Source: Histomonas meleagridis 2922-C6/04-290x (lineage: Eukaryota > Protista > Parabasalia). Taken from it: a stretch of DNA of 64,000 nucleotides. Every line of letters starts with the position of its first letter. Position 1 is the first letter of the stretch. This document shows, piece by piece, positions 1 to 11,229 of this stretch. The notes below the pieces were generated by a model that was not told the DNA's origin, searched no databases, and saw only the letters and a program-made list of their open reading frames with translations. The translations under genes and the position numbers were made by a program. The stretch lies in the NCBI GenBank assembly GCA_020184695.1, contig JAANOX010000207.1:62001-126000 (forward strand), in the 5' to 3' direction.

Positions 1-18
1 AAATCTTATGGCGGTCCT

Positions 19-1314
19 TTGACTGTTAGTAATGAAGATGATGACATAGAAATAACTTTCAGCCCAAAGCCTTGCTTAAAGGCCTCTTCTAGTGCTACAA
101 ACTTTGGTCTAGCTAATAATACAAGTTATCAGCCTTCGATACTTGACAATAGCTTTGCAATGCAAGATCCGTTTGCGACTTATCAGCATAGATTATATCC
201 TCAGCAACAATTACCTGATCCATTTCAGCGACAGCAGCAGCAAATACCAGATCCATTTCAGCAACAGCAACAATTGTCTGATCCATTCCAGGCACAACAA
301 CAGCAACAACAAGGATTTGATATGTTTTCATCGAATAATAATCAGCAAATTAATTCCGACATCAATCAAATGATGTATCAGGGTGCACCAAATAACGGTT
401 ACGGTTTTTTGCCTCAAAATTCACTGCAAAATTCAGGAACTTTGTTTGATCTTCTTTCAAATAATAATAACCAACAATTTAATCAGCCAATTGAAAATAA
501 TTATAATAACTTTAACCAACAACAAAATAATGGTTTTATTGATATTTCAATATCACAACCTAACCCACAGACACAACCAAAAACTATTCCTCCAAAAGAA
601 GAAAAACTACAAAATTCATCAAATGAATTTATGTCAATAATTGAAACAGATTCAACAACTGAAAATTATGTTGATTCAAATCGAATGTTAAATGATCAAT
701 TAAATTTAATTTATGATTTGTTAAAAATGTCAGAAAAAACAATGAAATCAAATATCGAACATTTATTTTTTAAGAATCAATCGGCATTTTATCCATTTGC
801 AATACAATTAATACATGAAAGTAAGAATAAAGTTGCAAATGTTCTTGGTTATATACCAAAAACAGGTGATGAATCATATGTTTTATTATTTAATTCAAGA
901 ACTAATTTACAAAATAAAGTTCCACAATTTGAAGGGAATATGTCTCTTGTTAACTTTTTAAAGCATAACAGTATTCAACCTGGTACACCACCAATATGTG
1001 TTGATACAATAAAACTACTTCAAAATCATTTATCAGTTGTGATTAAAGTACTTTGTATTAAACATAGGAAAGAAGTTGCTATCGAAGGATACTTAACATA
1101 TCAAGTAACTGCTTTCCTAATTGCAAAATTAAAACAATTCAAAATTAATGTTAATTTTATTGATGCGGTATCAATTCCTTTGTTAAAAAATCAATATAGT
1201 CAACTCAAAAAAGTTGAGCCTATGATTCAAGGAGGTCCTCAGTTCCCAAGGGAGTTCTTTAACTTCGATGACCCTCAATTCCTGAAAAGAATCAGACCTC
1301 CAGCACCGAAGTAA
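19..1314 (+). CDS. Q/N-rich protein with repeated DPF motifs (possible endocytic accessory protein); 5' end probably outside the window
   Basis: 431-aa ORF, frame open back to base 1. Low-complexity Q/N N-terminus with four DPF motifs (QDPF, PDPF, PDPF, SDPF); globular-looking C-terminal half not recognised. Confidence 0.7.
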   Translation: MTVSNEDDDIEITFSPKPCLKASSSATNFGLANNTSYQPSILDNSFAMQDPFATYQHRLYPQQQLPDPFQRQQQQIPDPFQQQQQLSDPFQAQQQQQQGFDMFSSNNNQQINSDINQMMYQGAPNNGYGFLPQNSLQNSGTLFDLLSNNNNQQFNQPIENNYNNFNQQQNNGFIDISISQPNPQTQPKTIPPKEEKLQNSSNEFMSIIETDSTTENYVDSNRMLNDQLNLIYDLLKMSEKTMKSNIEHLFFKNQSAFYPFAIQLIHESKNKVANVLGYIPKTGDESYVLLFNSRTNLQNKVPQFEGNMSLVNFLKHNSIQPGTPPICVDTIKLLQNHLSVVIKVLCIKHRKEVAIEGYLTYQVTAFLIAKLKQFKINVNFIDAVSIPLLKNQYSQLKKVEPMIQGGPQFPREFFNFDDPQFLKRIRPPAPK

Positions 1315-1753
1315 AACATTTTTCTCAAATAAAATTAGGTAATGTTTGAATTTATACTTTTGTGAATGGTTTCATTATTAAAAGATTGATCTAATTTTTA
1401 TAAATAATTATTAGTGATAAAAAAAAAATCAACAAAATTAATGTTTTTTTTAAGAAACAATATGCGAAAAATCAATGGTTAATTCTTAATGTTTTCATTT
1501 ATTAAAAATCATTTGTATGCGTATTCCAATACAAGACCAATACTACCTTTCAAAAACAATCAAAATATTAAATAATATTAAATATTTGGTTGTAAAAGGC
1601 CTTAAATTCATTCATTGCATTCAAAAGAGATTAGACTAAACCGATCATTTTCTACTCAAAAACAACTTTTTCATAGAAATTTCTATTTGCTCAGAAACGC
1701 TGGTTTTTTATTAATGTCTATCGGTTTTACCTTATCTTCCTGTAAACAAATTA

Positions 1754-3358
1754 ATGGGGAATACGGACTCTCTACCATTTCTATATGATAAAAGCATTAA
1801 AATTTTAATGGATGAAAAAATTCCTGAAGATAGCGAGTACTGGAAAAGTATTTTACTTTCACAAATAGCATATGGAACAGAAACATCACTTCGTTCTATT
1901 TTCCCCAAAATATATTCACTTGAACCTAGTAACATTAAAACCATGCTTCATTTATCAGTTTTTTATTTAAATGATTATATTCATAGAACAAACTTAGATC
2001 GAAATTCAAAAAATTATTTTTTGCCAATACAAACATCATGCTTCTTTATCCAAAACTGCTTGTTACAAATTTCCCAAGATAATTACCAAAAAATTCTTTC
2101 TCAAGATTATGATGATTGTGGAAATTTAGGAGTTGCTTTATCCAATACTCTTTCCAAGGCGCTCCATATTCAGCATGCCACCATAAGCCAAAAAGAATCC
2201 TCTTGGTGTTCAGTCCAAAAAGATGATAGTAAATATGATTGGCTCAGACAGATCATTGTCGAAAGTCTTATTCTCCTTCGTTTATGTGATATTGAATTAC
2301 AATCATTTCCAGTAGAAGAATTTGCTACTTCCACATTTCACTTGATGTGTTTTGCATTTTATCCCAAAACAAAAAATCGAACGTTTAATATCCATCGTCG
2401 TCTTCGACTTATTGAACTTTCACTTTTACTTCTTTTATCTGTTAATTCCACGTTAGCCAATTCTTCCAATGATTTTGAGAGTTATAAAATTTTATTTGAA
2501 CCATTATTAATTGATGTTAATCATTCGGATGTTTCAGATGAGTTAAATACATATTATCTTCCTTTGACATTACATTTCTTGATTCTACAAAATGAAAATA
2601 ATAAATTAATTGAAACATGTGGAATTAAAATTCTTGAAACTGTTTTACATATTATTGATGTGATGTCTACTAATAACAAATCAATAATTTCGTTGTTAGT
2701 ATTGTCGCAATTTGTTTCGAATAATTTTATTTGTATGATGTTAAATTTGCCTTGTGAAACTTTCGATAGTTTGTGGGTAATACATAAAGGAACTTATGCT
2801 GATGTGTTAATTGATATTGTTACACGCGCTACTTTACTAAGTGATAATACAATGAAAGTCGCAATTAGAATTTTCGTGTGTATCCTTTATCAAGTTTCGA
2901 ATATTTCTCTTTTTTCTGCAAAATGCGTTTTTAAATGTTTGGAAAAAGCAGACGATAAAAATGTTATTGATTTAGTGAAAGCAATTCATTATGCAGTGAA
3001 TTGTTCTTTAATTGATAATGTGAATATGAAAATTTCTGTTTTGTTAAATGCAAAAGTTTTTGTTGAAATTTTAAAGAAAAATCAAAACTTAGTTGAGTGT
3101 GAAAATTTAATAGAGTTTTCGAATAAAGCCAACAAGAAACTTAAGGAAATCGCTCCTTCATTTAAAATGGAAGATCTTGAAAAAATATTAAAAAACAAAA
3201 TATTTGAAGATTGTTTGTTTCCTGTTGGAAATGCACCTTCTTTCAAAGAAGACTTAGATAAAACACTCGAAATGTCAATCCCATATTTGGCATGCTGCTA
3301 TTTTTCAGAAGAAAGAAAAATTGATTTAAAATATGAAAACTTTTTAGGTAATCAATAA
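1754..3358 (+). CDS. HID1: HID1/Ecm30 (dymeclin-superfamily) protein
   Basis: 534-aa ATG ORF. Motifs YW..IL...PSNIKTM and LNLP...GTYADVLI resemble HID1 FW..FW...PSNLATL and LNKP...GTHADLLI. Confidence 0.65.
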   Translation: MGNTDSLPFLYDKSIKILMDEKIPEDSEYWKSILLSQIAYGTETSLRSIFPKIYSLEPSNIKTMLHLSVFYLNDYIHRTNLDRNSKNYFLPIQTSCFFIQNCLLQISQDNYQKILSQDYDDCGNLGVALSNTLSKALHIQHATISQKESSWCSVQKDDSKYDWLRQIIVESLILLRLCDIELQSFPVEEFATSTFHLMCFAFYPKTKNRTFNIHRRLRLIELSLLLLLSVNSTLANSSNDFESYKILFEPLLIDVNHSDVSDELNTYYLPLTLHFLILQNENNKLIETCGIKILETVLHIIDVMSTNNKSIISLLVLSQFVSNNFICMMLNLPCETFDSLWVIHKGTYADVLIDIVTRATLLSDNTMKVAIRIFVCILYQVSNISLFSAKCVFKCLEKADDKNVIDLVKAIHYAVNCSLIDNVNMKISVLLNAKVFVEILKKNQNLVECENLIEFSNKANKKLKEIAPSFKMEDLEKILKNKIFEDCLFPVGNAPSFKEDLDKTLEMSIPYLACCYFSEERKIDLKYENFLGNQ

Positions 3359-3460
3359 AAAGCCTTTTAGCCGATAGAAAATTAAATCCAAAAGCATCGT
3401 TCTGTCCTGAAAATTTTTATCGTTGAAGTACAAAATTTCAATGACTGTACGTTAAGATTA

Positions 3461-4603
3461 ATGGAATATATTTCTCACCTCAATCAAGTCCCTACATCCC
3501 CAAAAGCAACAAAAGACAGATTTTCTCCAATACGTAATGTTGAAAGTCGATTTTATTCTCCTCAAAATGATCTAAAATTTAGTAATCGTGATTTAAAAGA
3601 TTTTGAAAAGTGTTACTCACCAATTCGACTTTCTCCTTTAAAACATTCACAATACTCAAATCCCTTTTCCCAAAGAACCCATCCACGGCCATATCATTTG
3701 ATTGATATATATTCCATGTCCACTAATTTTTATAATCACCCACTTGATTGGTCATCAAATGACATCATTGGGTTTCTCAATGAAGACTCACTGTTGTTAT
3801 TAACACCTAAAGACAATTCCATTTTATCTTCATACGAAATTTTGAATTCAAATTCACTAAATTTCATTACCAATAGCCATATCTTAGCCATTGGATCAAA
3901 TTATGGTGAACTTCACTTTTTTAATTACATTGAAAACAAAGAAATTTTAACATATCAGCTGGACGAAACACCGATTTATTCAATTCATTCCAATGGAAAT
4001 TGCATCATATGTGGTCACGAGTCTGGGAAAATATCATTGATTGATCAAAGGTCGCAAAATCAAATAACAATTAATTCGCATTCAGATGCATGTTGTACTG
4101 TCTTATTCAATTCTCTTTTTCCCAACCTGTTTGCAAGTGGAGGAAACGATAATTCCACAAATATTTGGGATTTACGAAATTTGCAAAATCCAATAATTTC
4201 ATATAAAAGACATAACTCGGCAGTCAGAGCCATCTCTTGGTCACCGGTTATATATAATGAAATAGTTACTGGTGGCGGAGTTTCTGATATGGAAATTCAT
4301 TTGTGGGATATCAATAATGGAAGCTTAATTAAAAGAAAAAACGCCGGATCACAAATCTGTAATTTGTTTTGGAATAGAAATTATAATCAAATTTTGTCCA
4401 CTGAAGGTTATGAGCAAAATTCAATGTCTTTATGGGATGCATCAAATTTACATTTGTTAGCAAGAATTCACCACCATAATGAAAGGATAGTATATTCAGC
4501 TTGTTCACATGATAATAGAAACATTGTTACAATTACATCAAATGATCCAATGGAGTTTTGGAATGTATTCCCTAATCAAAATAAAAAAGTCGCAATCAGA
4601 TAA
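3461..4603 (+). CDS. CDC20: Cdc20/Fizzy-related WD40 APC/C co-activator
   Basis: FYNHPLDWS, ASGGNDN, HNSAVRAISWSP, TGGG..D..IHLWD and GSQICNLFW motifs plus a C-terminal IR tail. Confidence 0.85.
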   Translation: MEYISHLNQVPTSPKATKDRFSPIRNVESRFYSPQNDLKFSNRDLKDFEKCYSPIRLSPLKHSQYSNPFSQRTHPRPYHLIDIYSMSTNFYNHPLDWSSNDIIGFLNEDSLLLLTPKDNSILSSYEILNSNSLNFITNSHILAIGSNYGELHFFNYIENKEILTYQLDETPIYSIHSNGNCIICGHESGKISLIDQRSQNQITINSHSDACCTVLFNSLFPNLFASGGNDNSTNIWDLRNLQNPIISYKRHNSAVRAISWSPVIYNEIVTGGGVSDMEIHLWDINNGSLIKRKNAGSQICNLFWNRNYNQILSTEGYEQNSMSLWDASNLHLLARIHHHNERIVYSACSHDNRNIVTITSNDPMEFWNVFPNQNKKVAIR

Positions 4604-4810
4604 ACAGACTATGGGGAAATGAAGATATGCGGAAAAAGGTAAAATGTTGTAAGTAAATTGTCAATTTTATTTTTTGGTTTATTAACGGTCGGAATAACGG
4701 TTTAATTTTGGCCGGACAACTTATCATATAAAAAGTGGTGTCGAAGATTTTAATTCAATGTCATTGGAAATTTCAGTGCTTTTAAAATCGCGATTTTTAT
4801 TATTCTTGAT

Positions 4811-5017
4811 ATGCCACAGTCCAATTCTAATCTCTTTGATGCTCCAATATATAAATCAAATGATTCCTTATTTGCAATGGATCCAACAATTATAGGACGT
4901 TCACTTAGACGTCCTTCTCGACCAATCAATCTAAATTATTGTGAAAATAATTTAGGGCAAGACCCTCAATATGATGATCTACAAAGTACACTTTTTACAG
5001 ACACCCTTATTATATGA
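4811..5017 (+). CDS. small hypothetical protein
   Basis: 68-aa ATG ORF with coding-like composition in AT-rich surroundings; no family recognised. Confidence 0.35.
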   Translation: MPQSNSNLFDAPIYKSNDSLFAMDPTIIGRSLRRPSRPINLNYCENNLGQDPQYDDLQSTLFTDTLII

Positions 5018-5331
5018 AAAATATAAATGTATTTTTTTGTAAACAATTTTCAAATAAATCAATTTTTTTTTTTTTATTCTTTATTTTGATTAATATCCAT
5101 AACTAAGCATTTCCATATTATTTTGCGCTTCTCATTTGCTTAATTTTTTTACCAAATTTAATTTCACTTCCTCAAGTTTTCGGTATATTTACTCATAAAA
5201 ATGCATTTCTTCCTATATGTTCTTTTATATTTTTTTGTACACATTTGAAGAATTCTTAAATGAAACATGTACATTTCAAATAATAGTTAATCAATTTGAG
5301 GAAAGAAATATATTTTAATAATTTATTTGTA

Positions 5332-5710
5332 ACAGCACTTATATATGCGTCTAAAAACAATCATACAGAAATAGTTAAATTACTTCTTGAACAAAAAGGA
5401 ATTGATATTAATGCTAAAGATATTTATTTCTTTTATTTGGTGTTTATTTATTTTATTTGATATTTATTTTAATAATTTATTATTTCAAAATAATATTTGG
5501 AAATTATTTAAATTATTTCAAACAGCACTTATGTATGCATCTGAAAATGGCTATACAGAAATAGTTAAATTACTTCTTGAACAAGAGAATATTGATATTA
5601 ATGCTAAAGATATTTATTTGTTTTATTTTATATTTATTTTAATAATTTTATATTTCAAAATAATATTTAGAAATTATATAAATTATTTTGGACAGCACCT
5701 CATATAGCAG
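5332..5710 (+). repeat. ankyrin array A: two full modules plus a degenerate third, separated by 100-nt and 80-nt inserts
   Basis: ACA GCA CTT (TAL) at 5332, 5522 and 5692; modules TALIYASKNNH..INAKD and TALMYASENGY..INAKD. Confidence 0.85.
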
Positions 5711-6154
5711 TTATACAACATTCACAGCTGCATCTCGAAATGATAATTTAGATGTTGTTAAAATGCTTCAATATATAACTATGAAATTACATTCCATTTA
5801 TTAATCATTATAGTTTTTCATGAATATTTTTGCATGTTATGAACATTATGAAAATCTTATCTTTTTAGAAAAATCTCATATTTTCTAATAAAAAAGCCTT
5901 TTCAGAAATTATTGTTTTACTACTAAAAAAATTGCACATCGTAATTTTGTATAAAAACCAAACATAGTTATCAAGATCATAATGAGACATTATTGGATGA
6001 TTATATTCAGATAAAGGATATGTTTCAGATGGTTTAACATATATTTCATATGGTAAATAAATAAATAAAAAAAAATAAAAAAATTAGCTGATTTTCTGTA
6101 ATTCAATAATTATAATCCCACGTTTGTCATCAATGATCAACTTTTACTAACCTT

Positions 6155-6810
6155 AATCCATACACATTAAATTGTCGAAAGTTAATAATATTTAATGTTC
6201 AGAAGAAAACATTATTTTTATTTATCTTTAAGAAATTGATAAAGATTATGAACCAATAATAAATGGAGATGCACCTCATGGATATCCTCCAGAAAATTAT
6301 CCTGAATTTGATCCAGAACCAGTCGGGCAATATAAACCAGAACCTATTGATTATCCAGAAAAACCCACACCAAAGAGCGAAAGTAAGTTTACAAAGAAAT
6401 TTTTTTTGATTTTTGGGATTGTCACTGCTGTAATTATTATAGCAATTGTGATTTTAGTAATTTTTTTATGTAGAAAAGCAGAAAAAAATAAGTCAATATA
6501 TAATAAAATCAAATTAATGAACAAAAAAACTATAAACCAAAATTAGCACAAATTGATTTTTTGTTTAAACTCTATAAAGATTAATATTTTACTGATTTTT
6601 TTGGCATCTAATATGGAATCCAAGCCAAAAAAAAAATTGATTTTTTTCTGACTTAATCAACTACTCTTTCATAAGTAAAAATATAACCAATTTAAACGAG
6701 ATCCAATTCTTCTTGTAAAATGAAACGAACGTTAAAATAAAAGTTTTGACAAGTTTTGGAAAATGATTGCAACAAATAATTTAAATCCAATAACGCAACT
6801 TCTCCAAATC
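6155..6810 (+). repeat. ~656-bp duplicate of 40478-41136: decayed C-terminus of a single-pass surface protein plus the first ~14 codons of the 41089 gene
   Basis: Near-identical sequence from aatccatacacattaaattgtcgaaa to acgcaacttctccaaatc. One frame reads GDAPHGYPPE..FLIFGIVTAVIIIAIVILVIFLCRK (TM plus basic tail) with a stop near 6546. Confidence 0.9.
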
Positions 6811-6811
6811 A

Positions 6812-9186
6812 ATTAAACAACAACATTTATATAATTTACATAATCAATAATATATACAAAAGAGATATAAAGATTTATTACAAGAATTCGAAATTAATTA
6901 TTCATTAAGTATTAATATTAATAAAGAACAACATTGGAAATTATCATTGACATTATATCTAGATTGGAGACATAATATATTACTATCGAATAAACAATTT
7001 GATCAACATCAAATGGCATTTTTATTGTGTGATTTACATGATCAAACAGGAGCATTATAAAGATTACAATCATTTATACAAATAAATTCAGATTCAACTA
7101 ATTCAATAGAGCCCACAACTATTGAAGATAATCAAATAATAATGAAAATGAATAAATATTGATGATTCTAAAGAAGTTACATATACATATTCATTTTCTT
7201 CACCATCATAACATGTTAAATTAAATAATTTAATTCAATGTACATTTTATCTTCATAATAATCAAGTTTTTTTTCACACCAGATAATATAAATAATAATA
7301 TTCAACATCGATTAATTGAAAATAAACTCAAAGATTTATAATATATGGGATTACAAAGAAATCAACATCATATTCCATGTGTTTTATGATAAAAAAATTA
7401 ATAATATTTCGAAATCAAAATATTCAGGAAACAGTTTTTAAAATAGATAAAAAATTAAAATTACCAAATTTGAAATATTTACAAACATCAAATTCATCAA
7501 TGTTAAAACAAGAGAAAATTACCTAAAAATGGGGAAATGTCAAATCATAAATATTTAATAATAATTTATTTCCAGGAATAAGTTTTAATGATTTAACACA
7601 ACATCCGGTTTTTCCAATGGTATTAAAAGATTATCCAAATGAAACGATTGATTTAAATGATCCGAATGTTTAGCGATAATTAATTAAACATATTTAAGCA
7701 ATAAATGAATATCTATTTGAACATTTCATGTAATTATTCTCAGAAATTGATGAAGAAAACAAATTCATATATTATTCTAATTGATATTTTGTATCATATT
7801 ATTTAATACGATTCGAACCATTTACAAGTATTAATGTTAAAATGCAAGATAATAAAATTTATCAATCAATTCGAATCTTTTCATCAAATCCTCATTTATG
7901 GGATGCTATAACATCAACAAATTTTTATGATTTTCCACGATATTTAAATCATTCAAATTATCTGAAATAAATTTAAATCAAATGGAACTAAAATTAATTA
8001 TGTAACATTACCTCAATGGAGTAAAAATGCTTATGATTTCATATAGGAACATTGTATATCATTAGGAAGTGATTTTTTAAGTAAGTTTAAATTTCCCTAA
8101 ATGGAATGACTTAATATTTGGATATAAACAAAATGTGAAATAATCAGTTTTAGCGAATAATACATTTCATCATTATACATCTCAACGAATATGACTCAAC
8201 AAGTATTATAATATCCAGAAAATTTAATTTTATATCAACAATTTAGTAAAAGTTTTTGTACAATTCCAAATCAAATCTTTAAGAATCCACAACCAATGAA
8301 AAGTAACTTTTCGACAATTAATTTTATTTTTTCATTATTTACACCGACATTACAAAATGAAATAATATCGAAGCCAATGTTTCATTGAACGACATTAAAT
8401 AATATTTTAATTAATATTCCATCATTAGTTACTTTAATATTAAAGAATAATACAAGTAAAAATATTTTTGATATAAGTTATTGTTTAACATGATTTCAAT
8501 GTATTTCAGAGAGAACAATTTCATATCATTTCAACAAGAATATCTTAATTATATCAACATGTAATGATTGCACATTTCATATGCTTCAAATTGATATTAA
8601 TCATTTCACTATTAAATTAATTAATTCACAACGACAATATTCATTAATAAATACATTAAATGTTATGAGTACGAATGACATTGTTACAGCTTCACGAAAT
8701 TATTTTATCATTAAATTGAACTTTACACGACCTGCGACAATGAAATTCCAAATTAGTGCACAACCAGCGACGATTAATGATTTTGATATTTCTATTGTAA
8801 GTAATTGATTAATTTGTTATAAATCACGAGAAATTTCATCATTTTATTTTTTCAATGTTTCATTTAATTATAATATTTTAATGTTAAAAATTCGTGCATC
8901 GCCTTGTATATTGATATGTTGCGAAATTATTAAAAATATGAAATTTCCTTAAATAAAATCGAAGAATTGGAAATTCAAAGTCTGAAAATACGATGGTGCG
9001 AGATGATCATTGCGCATAAGGATTACGCGTTGTCAGTGTCCGACTTAAATAACAAGTTGACATTTATAATTTTTCTGTGTTTGAGGATTTTAAGGACATT
9101 CGAGTTACAGGACGCAGTCGTAACGATGTACTTCGACTCAAGAACAAATGCACTCAATAGAATTCCATTAAACTTTAAGAGTAAAT
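6812..9186 (+). pseudogene. BEACH-domain/WD40 pseudogene
   Basis: Fragments in shifting frames: [24 protein letters not shown] (~7580-7670), YYLIRFEPFT (~7800), LPQWSKNAYDFI (~8010) and DLIFGYKQ (~8110); many stops and frameshifts. Confidence 0.85.
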
Positions 9187-9193
9187 AATTTTT

Positions 9194-11217
9194 AGTGTTA
9201 TTAAATGAATGATATTCTATAATTTTTTTTCATAATATTTTTCACAAAAATTATCATCAAATTATATGAAAATCATGAAATGAAATATGATATAAAATAT
9301 TCTATTTATCAAATTTTGATTCATATAATAATAATATTAATCAAATTTCATGCGTTAATAATAATGTATTAAAACAAACTGAATTTAGGAAATGTTTATT
9401 TCAATATTTAAATATTTCCTCTTTTATCCTTGAGAATCTTTGAGTTTTATTATGTCATCACATTTATGATGTTGAATTTTGTTCACAAACAACTGAATAA
9501 TATCTGCATTTTTATTTTCTGATGCTATTATAAGCGCTGTTTTATATATTTGAAAGGAATTCCAAATGTTTATATGAAATATCATATTATTTAAAAATAC
9601 TTTAAATAAAACAAAGAAATATTTTTAGCATCGATATCAATATTCTCTTGTTCAAGAAGTAATTTAACTATTTCTGTATGACCTTCTGAAGATGCTAAAA
9701 TAAGTGCTGTTCCAAATAATTTAAATGATTTCCAAATATTATCTTGAAATAATAAATTATTAAAATAAATTTCATTTTTAGCATTAATATCAATTCCTTC
9801 TTGCTCAAGAAGTAATTTAACTATTTCTGTATGACCATATTTAGATGCTAAAATAAGTGCTGTTTTAATTAATTTAAATAATTTCCAAATATTATTTTGA
9901 AATAAAAAATTATTAAAATAAATTTTAAATAAAAAAAATAAATAAATTTAGCATTAATATCAATTCCTTCTTGTTCAAGAAGCAATTTAACTATTTCTGT
10001 ATGATCATATCTAGATGCTTCAATAAGTGCTGTTTGAAATAATTTAAATAATTTCCAAATATTATTTTGAAATATAAAATTATTAAAATAAATATTAAAT
10101 AAAACAAATAAATATTTATAGCATTAATATCAATTCCTTTTTGTTCAAGAAGTAATTTAACTGTTTCTGTACGACCATTTCTAGATGCTTTCATAAGTGC
10201 TGTATTAAATATTTTAAATAATTTCCAAATATTATCTTGAAATAATAAATTATTAAAATAAATATCAAACAATACAAATAAATATTTTTAGCATTAATAT
10301 CAATTCCTTCTTGTTCAAGAAGTAATTTAACTATTTCTGTATGACCTTCTGAAGATGCAATCATAAGTGCTGTATAAAATAATTTAAATAATTTCCAAAT
10401 ATTATTTTGAAATAAAAAATTATTAAAATAAATTTTAAATAAAAAAAATAAATAATTTTAGCATTAATATCAATTCCTTCTTGTTCAAGAAGTAATTTAA
10501 CTATTTCTGTATGACCATTTCCAGATGCTAACATAAGTGCTGTAAAAAATAATTTAAATAATTTCCAAATATTATTTTGAAATATAAATTTTATATGAAA
10601 CAAATAAATATCTTTAGCATTAATATCAATTCCTTTTTGTTCAAGAAGTAACTGAACTATTTCTGTATGACCTTCATCAGATGCATATATAAGTGCTGTA
10701 TCAAATAATTTAAATAATTTCCAAATATTATTTTGAAATATCAAATTATTAAAATAAATTTTAAATAAAACAAATAAATATCTTTAGCATTAATATCAAT
10801 TCCTTCTTGTTCAAGAAGAACTTTTGTAACTTCAGAATGACCTTTGCGTGTTGCCCAATGAAGTGCTGTTTCATTAATTGTATATTAATTCCAAAAAAAA
10901 TTATTAAACATTCAATATTCATGAGAAACGTATTTACCATTAATATCAAATATTTTTTGTTCGATTTGCCATTTAATAAATGATACAAATTCTTTTTGGT
11001 GTTGAGAAGGCATCAGGTTGTGAATAAATTTGACACTTTTATATTTGGCATTTTTTGTTATCTTTGTTTTCTTTTTCAATATATGATCTCCAGAATGGTA
11101 ATAGTTGATATAAAAATATTAATATTTTGATAAAGTAAATACATATATATGATAAAAAGTTAATTTGGTCATATCTTAATACATCCTATTTATAATTAGA
11201 TAAACATTAATTTATAA
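9194..11217. repeat. segment duplicated at 38458-40035 (ankyrin gene plus flanks)
   Basis: Flanks near-identical; the anchor-to-TAL distance is 516 nt in both copies (9194-9710 and 38458-38974). The second copy has a 119-bp deletion and fewer repeats. Confidence 0.9.
9424..11013 (-). other. ankyrin array B: interrupted ankyrin-repeat gene (ATG, N-cap, 8 repeats, C-cap, TAA)
   Basis: ATG at 11013 reads MPSQHQKEFVSFIKWQIEQKIFDINGK. TAL codons end at 10869, 10699, 10543, 10373, 10203, 10033, 9863, 9710 and 9540. The cap TALIIASENKNADIIQLF..DSQG stops at 9424. Inserts are 60, 80, 66, 80, 80, 80, 80, 63 and 80 nt. Confidence 0.8.
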
Positions 11218-11229
11218 TTTCCCTCCAAA

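Noticed and set aside
9424-11013. Sequencing indel errors causing the ankyrin frameshifts
   Set aside because: The same 170-nt period recurs 30 times on both strands and in diverged copies, while long neighbouring ORFs are intact.
6155-11217. Transposon or MITE identity for the inserts or duplicated blocks
   Set aside because: No transposase, terminal inverted repeats or target-site duplications were found, and the insert was not seen outside the ankyrin junction.
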